From contig WELA01002943.1 in NCBI GenBank assembly GCA_009602735.1, forward strand, positions 60,447-116,922: 56,476 nucleotides of DNA, in the 5' to 3' direction. This stretch comes from Mesotaenium endlicherianum. Its lineage: Eukaryota. A program made the translations under genes and the position numbers. The notes beneath the pieces were generated by a model, which saw nothing but the letters and a program-made list of their open reading frames with translations, made no database searches and was not told the DNA's origin. Each line of letters opens with the position of its first letter. Position 1 is the stretch's first letter. Shown here one piece after another: positions 22,701 through 33,323 of this stretch.

Positions 22701-25700
22701 AGCCACTACTCTGGGCAAAGCCCGAGATGGAGTGCGTGTGACTGAGTCAGTGAGAGGGGCGGGGGGGAGGGGATGGCGCGGCGGGGCAGGTGAGCAACAT
22801 CAGCGGGTACCTGCCGGGCCGCATCGTGTCCTTCCTGGTGAGAGCCCCCGCCCTCCTCCCTCAGCTGCCCCTCCCCTCTCTCCTGCCCTCAACCTCAAAA
22901 CCCGCCCTGCCTGCAAGTCCCCCCTCTCGCTCTCGCATCCTTTCGTCATACGCCCACCTCCGCGCCCCCCTCGCCCTCCTCCCCCTTCCCCCCCCCCTCC
23001 TAGGTCGCCTGTGCCAACGAGATTCTTGTTTGCATTTCAAGTATGCTGCAACTGCTGCTACTACGGCTGCTGCCACCACTGCTACTATTGCTTCTACTAC
23101 CTACGTTTCCCATGGCTCATCAGATCGGCAGGATGTGCTGCCATGGTGCTTTGCTCTAGCTTCTCTCACAAGCCCCCCTGCTCTGCTGCTACTGCTGGTG
23201 CTGGGGGTGCACCGCCTGCCCGCGTGCGCAGGTGAACACACACATTGTGCCGCGGCCCATCTTCCTGACACGCCACGGCGAGAGCGGCGACAATGTGCGA
23301 GCCCGCATCGGCGGCGACCCCGCCCTCAGGTATTGTCTCGCTCGAGCGGCAGCAGCAGCAGGAGGAGGAAGAGGACGTCTACGTATCCATGCTATTCCTC
23401 TGGCTCGTGTGATAGAAGGATCCCTCAGGAAGACCCCAGTTTGGCCACTCACAGCATAGTACTACCTGCGTTTGTGTGTGTGTGTGTGTGTATGTGTGGG
23501 GGGGCTGTGCGTGCTGGTGTGTGCGCGCGCGCGTGAGAGCGTGCCAGCGAGGCGGGAGAGGTGTACGCGCTGCGGCTGGCGGACTTTGTGGCCAAGAGGC
23601 TCGACCGCGAGGACACTGCCTCCGTCAGTTGCCTCCCACCCTCCCTCCTTCCCTCCCCTTCTCTCCATGCAGCCCAGCCTGGCCGACTTGTCCGGCCTTC
23701 CGCTGGTGTTGCGCAGAGCCGGGGTGCAGGGCAGATTATGCGGTCGAGTTGCACGCGTGCGCGACACGCGGTGGCCGTGCCAATGGCTACTTGAGAGGAG
23801 GGGGAGTGGGAGGTGTGGAGACTGCACGGCTCAGGCTGAAGAAGCCGCTCTCTGCTGCCATCCTCCTCCCTGTCCCTGCTTCCGGCTGGCTGCGAGAGTC
23901 GTGCGCGCTGCCTCCTAGCTGCCCCTGCTTCTGCTCCTCCTCATGCCCTGCGCGCGTGATTCCAACTCCTCCCAGCATCACTGAGTGGGTGGGCGTGCTG
24001 AGCGAGTGCGCCTGCTCTGCCTCTGCCTGTGCGTCCGCCTCTGCCTCTGCCTCTGCTCCGTCTCTGCCTCTTGGCCTGTCTTCACGCGCGCATGTGTGCA
24101 TGTCACGGCACGTTGCATCGCGTCTCCTGAAGCCTGCCTGGGCGGGGGGGGGAGCAGATATGGACGAGCACGCTGCAGAGGACGCTGCTGACGGCGCGCC
24201 ACATCCACGGCTTCCCCAAGGTGCAGTGGCGCGCGCTGGACGAGATCAACGCGGGCATCTGCGACGGCATGACCTACCTGGAGATCAAGCAGACCATGCC
24301 CGACGAGTACCAGTGAGCCGCCAGCCAGCCAGCCAGGGGGAGGAGGAGGAGGAGAACAACCCCTCTGCTGCTCTTATGCTGTCGTTCATGCTACTGCTAC
24401 TGCTACTGCTACTGCACTGCTGCTACTGCTCTGCTGCTGCCGCCCCTGCTATGGCTGCTCTGCTGCTGTGGCGTGGCGTGGCGTGAGTGCGTTGACGGCT
24501 CTGCCGCCCCTGCTATGGCTGCTCTGCTGCTGTGGCGTGGCGTGGCGTGAGTGCGTTGACGGCTNCACTGCCACCTGGCAGCGTGCACAGCTCCAGGCGA
24601 CTCTGCAACCTGTCAACAAGAACACCAGCCAGCCGCTACTCGTCAAGCTCCTCAACTGAGAACGGGGGTGCGCTGCCACCTGGCAGGTCTTTGTAGTCCG
24701 TATGCGCCACTAGAGGTCTATGTCCCACCTGGCAAGTGCACACGAGTGCCGCTTGGGGGGTGCATATACATGCCAGCTGGCTGGCACAAGTGCCACCTGG
24801 CAGGTAGGTGCGACCTACCACCCTTAGATGGCACGCTCTCATGAATGCCGCTTGATTGGAAAGCTGATCAGTGATGCCACTTGGCAGACACATGTAGGGA
24901 CAGGTGTCAGGCACAAGTAGCGACAGGCCTTGCGCCACTTGGCTGGCGGGGAGCAAACCACAGCCTTTGCTGGGAGACTTCCGGAGACTCCCGGACTATC
25001 TCGTTCTTCTTACTTTTCTTTTCTTTCTTCTTGGGCAGTATCCCGATGGTACTTACGGGAAGATAGAGAAAAAGGGGGAAGGTGCATGGTGGTGTAGGGT
25101 GCTGCAGGGCCTTCGGTTTCAAGCTAGGATTTGCACAGGGACTGGGACTCTGCAGGCTAATCAGGAAGGTGTGCTTAGGGTTTAGATCAGAGTTGGGGCT
25201 CAGGGGTCTGATGAGGCCTCCAGTCCAGCTGAGCGCAGCTGATAGGGTTTGCGCTCTGGCGTGCACAACAAGTGGCAGATGCACCTCGCCTCTAAGGCCA
25301 CGCCATGCCTGCAAAATCCCAGCTTCTCTTTTCAGTGCGTGCGCTTGTCGGGTTTGCAGATCCAACTATGTGTCGGTGACGGATGGGAAGCCATTGATGT
25401 ACAAGAGGCTTCCCTGTCCCCCTCCCCCTCCTGCTCCCCCTTCCTCTTTACAGCCCGCTCCTTCGCTCCCGCTCGCCTCCTGTCTCTCCCTTTTTCTCCC
25501 TTTCTCCCTCTCCGCCCCCTCCCTTTCCCTCTTTCTCTCCCCCCCTCTTTCTCCGCCCTTCTCATCCACCCCACTCCAATTCCTCGTCCACCTGGGATGC
25601 CAGACACTTTTGCACGTGCGTGAAGCGTCAAACCCCACCCAACCCCCCTTGGCACATTGCTGCACACAGTCCCAGACCCTATGCCTGGCCTGATACGGGC

Positions 25701-28700
25701 TGGGGCTCTCTGCCACCCCGGTCCTTCCCTCAGCCCCTCTCGCAATTTCTGTCTGGTCATGTGCTGGAATGGCGGTTTTCCTTTGTCTCTCTGCATGCGG
25801 GCCTGAAGATGCTTTCTTGTGAAGGTGCTTGGGCGTTAGTTGCCGGTTCCATGCACTCTTCCTTGCATCAGGATGTGCATGCTGCTTGACATACGTTTGG
25901 AAGGGGGGGGGGAAGGGAGGGAAGTAAGGACGAGGAGCTCCTGTGTCTCTGATTGTTGCCTGGTGTTTGTTGCGTGTTATGTGCCGCCTGTCAGCCCTGC
26001 ACCTTCTGCAACCCATCTCCTCCACTTTACTCAGAGCTGTGGACAGGAAGGCTTGCACCTTGTGCCACCTGTCTTCCAGCGTTTAGGGTTTTCATGACAG
26101 GAAGGCCTGCATCTTGCGCCATCTGTCCTTCTCCAGTCAAAGTCTTGCGACAAAACGGCGCATCACATGACACTGATCGGCAAATCAAGGTTACATTAGG
26201 ATGAGCTATCAAATTTGTCTCGATGACCATCGCATATGTATAAATGCATGAGAATTGCTTCATCTGTCTTTTCTCAAGGAATGACAGCTTGGTCTCCAGT
26301 GCCTGCCGCAACAGAGGTGAAGCTCACAAGTGGAGTGATGCATCAAAGTACACAACAGGTGCATCTGGAATCAACAACTGTTGTATGAACGATCCCGTCG
26401 CGCGTGTCCCGTCCCTCCCCTCGCCCCGCAGGTGAGCAATCCGGCGCTGCAGTTTGCCATCTACGAGGGCCTCCTCGCGCGTGTGACAGCTGGCAGGCTG
26501 GCAGGCCGAGGAGGTGCCAGAGCCGCCTCCGCCCTCGAGGTATGTTCGTGTGTGTGCGTGTGTGGGTGTAAATGTCCTTCCGTCAAAGGCTCGGAACCTC
26601 CTCCCCGTACCCTCCCCCCGGCCCCCCCTTCTTCCTTCATCCCCTACCACCTACCCCCCACCTTTCTATCCTTGTCGACTGCTCCCCCAGCCCCCCTCCN
26701 CTGCGCGCGTACCATTTGCTTGGCGAAGAGGAGGAAGGCGAGGAAGGAGCAGCCCATGAGAATTGTTCGCCAGCTCCACTGCCAGCACACAGCAAGCAAC
26801 AACAGAGGGACAGGTGGGGCACGAGCACGAGGGACACAGGTGAGACCAGGTCAGGACCGCCTGTCCGTCTTCCTGCCTGCCTGCCTGCCTGTCTGTCTGT
26901 CTGTATGTCTGCCTGTCAGCCGGCCTGTCTGTCCATGTGTTCTTCTAGTTGGGCATCCATCTCTTCTCCCTGCCCTCCTCTCTCTCTCTCCTTCCTCTCA
27001 TCCGTCCCCATCCCCGTCCCCGTCCCTGTCCCCCTCCCCCTTGCCTCCCTTTGCCGCTCCCACCCGCTTGCCCCACCGTCTCCACCCTTGCATCATTCAC
27101 TCTCTTTGTGTGACTCTATGTAGGAGCCAGCGCAGCCCAAGGGAATGGCTGGAGTGCATGCACGTGATATTAGGTGTGATCTTGTTTCACTGTGTATAGT
27201 GGTGACACGCATGATCTTATTTGGATGTATGGAGTGGTGCTGGTCGCAATGGTGCTGGTCGCAATGGTGTCTCTCAGTGCAAGCCCCTGTGCGGCGCATG
27301 TGAGCCACACCAAGTGCCACAATCATGGGTGTTTTCTGAGCACACCAATGTGCGGTGCGGAACAACGCCCGACGGGCATTGTCTGCGCTCGTGTCGGCGC
27401 CTCGTAGGCCTTGTGTCTGCTCGCGGGGCGAGATGCATGTTCTGGTGGCATATGTATGTGTTCTGGTTGCACACGTGCCCGTATGTGTTTGTGCGCACTC
27501 GTTCTGGTAGCGCACGTGCATGTGTTGCGCTTTTGTCTCTTGCGTGCGTGCATGCACGCACGTGCGTACGTGCGTGTGCGTGTGTGTGGACCTGCGCGAG
27601 GGCGTGTGCTAATGGGAGGCTGACAAGTGGCTTGTCCTCGGTGTTTGTGCACACGCCACTTGCCGTGATGCTATGCGGCTTTTTTGCAGGTCTTTGGTAT
27701 GGGAGCTGTGGCCAAGCTGGGTGCGACAGTTGTCACCTACCCGCTCCTTGTCGTCAAGGTAAGACATCTTGCAGGGCACTCTCAGAGCATGAACCAGTTC
27801 CTGCACACCATATGCACGCACGCAACACACACACACAAACATACGAACACACACACACATACAGCGACACAGAGAGAGACAGAGGCTCAGATTGGTGATG
27901 TAACCGCCCTCTTGCTTGCTCATGCTTCTGTTCTTCCTTTAGGCATGCGTGCCTGCGTGTGTAGGTATGCGTGCATGTGTGCGTGCCCCCTTCGCGTGCA
28001 TGCACACGCTCTTCCGGCGAGCAGTGAGGAGCCGCTGCAGCCCACTCACTTCTTCTGTTTCTTGTTGCCTTGCTGACTTACTGGTGTGTGCGAGCACCCA
28101 ACGGTGGTGTGCCCATGCCTGTCTGATCACAGCGAGCGTTTGTGCGTGTATACGTGCACGCGCGCATTCGTGCATGCACTCTTACCAAGAGGAGCCTCTG
28201 CCCCACTGCTCCCATTTCCTCCCGGCCTCGCCAACTGTCGATTGACGCATGCGAGAGCACCTGAGGATGGAATGTGATGGGCATGCCTGGGCCCTGTGTG
28301 CGCAACAAGAGCATGCCATCTGTGCGATTACGCACCTCCGAGGCACTGGGGGAACTGACAGATTATTGCCTCTGCCCTCCCCCCCATGTGTGTGAGTGTG
28401 GGCGAGCGCGCCTTGGAGCAGTCGAGGCTGCAGGCCAAGCAGGAGATTGGCGGAGACATCAACGCGCGCTACTCAGGTACGCACGCGCTCTGGGCTCTTC
28501 CTCTGGCACCGTCTGTCCCTCCTCCCGCTCTTGAGAGGAGAGACGCGTATTCCCACTCATACACTCGGTCACATATTGCCCCCCTCCCCACTGGGCGGCA
28601 CCATGCTTTCCTTTTGGTGACATGCAGAGGAGCTGGGCTTGTGGGGCTAAGGCTCTCGGGGTTTTGGGTTGGGTGTCTGGTGAGTTGGTGAGAGTCTGGT

Positions 28701-29502
28701 GCTGGGGGCGAGGGTTGAGGGGTGTGGCTGTAGCTGTGGCCGTGGCTGGAGGGACTACCAGAGAGTGAGCGAGCACCAGGCCAGCCTTGAGCCCCTGAGC
28801 CCCTCAGCGCCTCAGTCCCCAGGCCCTCAGCCAGCTCTACTTTAGCCCTAGCTCTACCTGGCTCCTGCTACAGCCTAGCTCTAGCACTAGCCCTAGACCT
28901 CGCCTAGTCCTGGCTCTGCCCTAGCCTCTGCGCTTTTCGCAGCACTTCAAGCCAGAAGTACAATCCCTCGCCTGTACCTCTCCACCCCATTTTCCTTTTG
29001 GGTTTAGCTCTTACTAGGCTCCCTATTGAGCTCTTTCTCCCCTGTAAGTCGATGCCACCAACGTTGCCTGGGGCGCGGCGCACGCACAGCCGCTGCAGGC
29101 ACAGTCGAGGATGCGATTGCGACGCCGGTGCTTCTGATGAGCCCAAGCTCTTAACCCCACACCATGCCAACCTTAACGCCCGCGCACCTTTGGGGGGGCT
29201 GGGTGGCGGCGGTGGCTGCGCACCATGCTAAGTAACCCTGACGCCGGACCCTAACGCGCGCGCACCTTTGGGGGGGGGGGGCGGCGGCGGCAGGCACGGT
29301 GGACGCGATCGCGAAGATGGTGCAGCACGAGGGGGTGGCGGGGTTCTACAAGGGCATGGGCACCAAGATCGTGCAGAGCGTGCTGGCCGCCGCGCTGCTC
29401 TTCATGACCAAGGAGGAGCTCGTCAAGTTTGCGCGCCTGCTTGTCGCGCGCCGGCGCCACGTGTCGGCGGCGGCCGCCGCGCTCCGCATCAAGCCCATGT
29501 AG
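16742..29502 (+). CDS. PXN: Peroxisomal NAD+ carrier (mitochondrial carrier family, PXN/PMP38 type), 11 exons
   Basis: Exons 16742-16822 (MSDALVNGLAGACGG..TYPLQA), 17045-17161 (VNTRQQTER), 18177-18251, 18661-18791 (GVYYYFYQVFRNRA), 19823-19877 (NVLLTNPIWVIVTRMQ), 20447-20701, 21813-21881 (GFWKGVVPTLVM), 26432-26539 (VSNPALQF), 27690-27758 (GAVAKLGATVVTYPLLVVK), 28422-28476 (SRLQAKQ), 29294-29502 (GFYKGMGTKIVQSVLAAALLFM, TAG). All junctions are GT-AG and phase-consistent, with three carrier repeats. Confidence 0.95.
22345..24312 (+). CDS. F2KP: Internal 5-exon fragment of 6-phosphofructo-2-kinase/fructose-2,6-bisphosphatase (plant F2KP type) inside PXN intron 7
   Basis: Exons 22345-22477 (DFKTRLANYEKVYEPVSEGSYIKLIDMV..Q), 22790-22837 (VSNISGYLPGRIVSFL), 23232-23329 (VNTH..PRPIFLTRHGES..RIGGD), 23548-23623 and 24158-24312 (IWTSTLQRT..GFPKVQWRALDEINAGICDGMTY). 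No stops or frameshifts. I found no N- or C-terminal exons in the window. Confidence 0.9.
24437..24564. repeat. About 64-bp tandem repeat x2 ending at a single-N join
   Basis: CTGCCGCCCCTGCTATGGCTGCTCTGCTGCTGTGGCGTGGCGTGGCGTGAGTGCGTTGACGGCT occurs twice, then N at 24565. Confidence 0.85.
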
Positions 29503-32500
29503 GGCGGCAGGGGCACCCACCCGGCAGCCGGGACACCTGGCGACGGGGCCACATGACGGCCTCTGGAGGCTAGTGGCGGGCGGGGTCAGCGGCGGCAACA
29601 CGTGGTGGTGGCGCCGGCAACACGTAGCGGTGGCAGCAGTGGCGAAGGCTGCTGCTGCTGCTGCTGCTGCTGCTCCTGTGCTCTGCCTTGAGCCCGTGAC
29701 GAGCTGCCATGTGGCAGCGGTAGGAGCAGGGGCAGCTGCTTGCTGCTGGCTGCTGGCTGATGTGCTCTGTTGCTGAGAGCCTCAGTCTCAGGCTGTTGCT
29801 GCAGTGACACGTAGCAGCTGTGCCTCGTGCGAGCCTGGCAAAGCGCGATGGCACTCGAGAGTCGACCGTAATTCAAACATGTGGGGCTGCTGCTGAACTC
29901 CCCCTTAGCTAGCCCTGCTGCTGCTGAGCGCCGACAGGTGGCAGCGGCAGACGCGCCCGCAGCCTACTTCGCTCGTTGGCTGCAGCCTGGAGGAGCTTTC
30001 CTCATGCTTGCACCTGGCACTCATCTCCTCCTTCGGAGTGGGCCAGGGCGGAAGGGCCATCCACAGGGGAAGAGAGAGGGGGAGAGAGGCGGCTGCTATG
30101 ATTGGTACTCAGTTGAACATGGTTGTATAATGAGAGAGACAAAGAGAGACGGTTATGTGGGGGAAAGTTTCAGGAGGTTAAGGTTTTTTTTTTCCTGGTA
30201 GGAGGGCACCCCACCCCCTGGGACAGGTCTCAGCTGCTCGATTGCGTGTCTCCTCATACTTGAGAGGGGGCAGGCAGCAGGGGTGTCTGATGGTGCTGGG
30301 AAGAGGTATAGAGGTCAGGTTGGGTCAGGTGAGGGAGGTGAGGTCCAATAAATATTGCACTCAAACTTGGGTGTTGATGGGTGGGGTTTTGAAGGGAAAT
30401 GTGGCTGATAATATTGGTGTGGTGGAAGGGAGTGCCTTATATGGTGCCTATGTGGTCGTCATATAATTTTGTGAGTGGGCCAATGCCTTAGTATAGGGGG
30501 AAAGACATCTTTATTATGAGTTTTCAATTAAGGCCTGTGCTCGCACAAAGTCCCCTTTGAGGAGACAGGTCGCTGTTAGGTTGTAGACGATGGAGCTGGA
30601 AGATGGTCTGTTTATTGATGCGTGTGAGGGTAGATGTTTGAAGAGGTCGCAGGAACATGCTTGCTACGCTCACAATAACTTCCCATTGTTTTGACCTTGA
30701 GTGTATTTGGAATCTAAGTTGGAGCATGAATATATCATTACAGATCTGTTCAATCTTGCCCATGTTTCAATTGAAGGAGTTGCGATTACCAGGTGGCTCT
30801 GGTGTTGCAGTTTGAAGTGTCCAAGCGACATCCTTCAGTCCGCGTATTTTACGAATACTTGTGATGTTATGCAAGAGCCAGCAATGCCTTACCAGAAGGT
30901 GCCTGATGGGAGCTGTTTGTCTTTTGAAGCTCCACCCTCTCAAAGTGGCAGTGCGTTGTGTTAGCAGTAGGTGTGATATGCATGCATGGAGAATAGTGAA
31001 ATATTTCACACAAGGGGCTCATGAGACATATAGTTCTATGCTGTGGTTCCAAAGGAAAGGAGTGACAAGCTCTACTCGGCCCTTGTGCTCGACTCGACTG
31101 GTAGTCGGTCACTGCCACAAGATATATTCCCAACCAATAAATTGCTGCTAAAATAAGTGTGACAACTACCTACTTGTATGTAAGCTTCCCTGCGCTTCAC
31201 GTACTGGTTGGTCACATGCACAATATGCACTCCTGATAAGTTTTCATGCGTGCGCGAGCCTGCAGCGCCTTACATAATCTATCGATGTCGCATAGGCTAT
31301 ACAACATATCTGAGGGTTTGCTACATATCAGAATTATATGCAGATTGCAATTCATACACCAACATGAGCTAGTTGACTTGCACTACATTTCCTCGCGTAT
31401 ATATTCAGAAGCATAAATCTCATTCATGCATGGTCCGGGGTTGCGTACATGTTCTCGAGAGCGTTTGTTCTTGTATTGATGCACTGGCAAAATGCTGCAT
31501 ACATGGAGATAACACACACACTAAAAACATCTCATGAAGTAGTGAACTTATGCGACTGCTTGTGCACATTCTCCAGGAAAAACGGCATCCCACATGATCT
31601 GCTTTTGTTGCACACTACAATTTCTCCCCGGCACAATACATACACAGATCGACCCCACTTTAAGTGCATACATTCTCCAACCTTCTGCCCCGCCTCTGTT
31701 CCAGTAATGCTCAGATGTTACCTTCCCTGAAACTCGGTCTCATTCTCGGAACCATAAATGGAGAAGTGCAGATGCGCAAAGACGTCCGCAAACGCTCCCC
31801 TGGGTGGCGTCCAGCCTAGGCCCTACTTTTGTTCCAATGCATGCGCTTTGAGTGATGGCCAATCACGCGCGTGCCCAACTAGCCTCGACACGCCCCTGAT
31901 GAGTACTCCCAGTGAAAAGTTCCGGGCAGCCCAGCTAGACTGCTAAGAGAGGCAGTGCCCTTTTGGTGCTGTTAGGGACATAAGGGACATAAGACTTCAG
32001 TTCCTCCTTTGCGGCAGCTCCTGTGCTGCCACCTCAGACTGGCCGCTATCGCAGTCCTTCAAGACCTGCATGGTGTTCTGGAGCATGCCAGCCCCCCAGA
32101 TCTTGCAGGGAGCCACCTGGATGCCGCACGGGGACGCCACCTGGAGGCCGTGCAGGCCGTCTGGATGCAGCCAGTACCCCTCTCTGATTCTCTTTGAGTT
32201 CAATGATCAGAAGAAAGTACTGCTCCAGGCCAAGATAACTCAGTCTAACTCGTCTGCTGCTTTTGACTGCCCCGTACTTGGAGCACACAGAAATTCCAAA
32301 CTCCAGGACAAGCCAGGCCACCCCACGCCAGCTGTCAAACTGAAGCACCGGTCATGCGGTTCAACACGCTGCTTTTGCAAAGCTCCCCCGGAACCTGTCA
32401 TCAGGCAGCTAGGGCGTGCACAGCAGTGCTGCCGGTGGGGGAGGTGAACACCTCCGACTCTCTTCTCCTTGCTCTGTCCTTGCAAGTTGCAACCCACCCT

Positions 32501-33323
32501 GTTCCGACACGGAAGGAGAGATAGGCTGCGGTGTGGCATTAAAAGGAGAGCTAGAGTCTAGACATAGAGGGGAGATTGCGGATGGAAAGATAGAGAAGGA
32601 AGAGCACGAGCCGCCTTTCGAGTGCTAGTGGCCCTCTTTGGTGAATCTGGGTGTGGGCTGCAAAAGGGGCCACCTGGCAACCTCGTGGTGCAACACCTGC
32701 ACGTCACAACTGGTGCGGAGAGGCCACGAAACGGCACACATACACACACGGCTGGTCGGCAAGATGGCCGGCTTAAGCAGCGACCTGTCTGCTCCAACGG
32801 ACGTATCTGCACCAGCGAGCGCATCTGTACCAGAAGATGCATCTGCTGCTCCAGCTGATGTATCTGACATCTGTGCCTGAAGATGTATCTGTTTGCCAGC
32901 AGCCACCACAGAGGGAAGAGGGTCCTGCTATCGCTCTTTCTGCCCCATCCTCTACCGCCTCCCCCCAGCCTGGAGAAGATGCAGCCAACCATGCGCTCTC
33001 GGCACACGCAGGTGCACGTGGCGCGCGCGCTCGTGCGGGTCACAGCAGGAGAAGCTGCCTCGCCAGCAAGCAAGCCAGCAGGCCAGTGAGGGGGCGACAG
33101 GTGTCTTGTGCACAGGGCATGGCTCATGCGTCAGGCTGACGAGGCTGCAAACGAGTGGCGGTTGGAGGAAGAGTGATCTGCAACCAAGAAGCAGGCGGGC
33201 CGGCAAGCGGGTGATGCCAGTGAGCAGCGTTGACAGGTGTCCGCGCGTGGGCGCGCGCGCGTGCGCCAGTGAGCGGGGGTGACATGTGTCCTCGTATGGC
33301 CGCGGGGCGCAGGTGCTCACGTG

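Noticed and set aside
31750..33130. GC-rich ORFs and an 18-bp ATCTG-based repeat (about 32780-32895) between PXN and P4H-A
   Set aside because: No recognisable protein or coherent exon chain; probably UTR or intergenic sequence.
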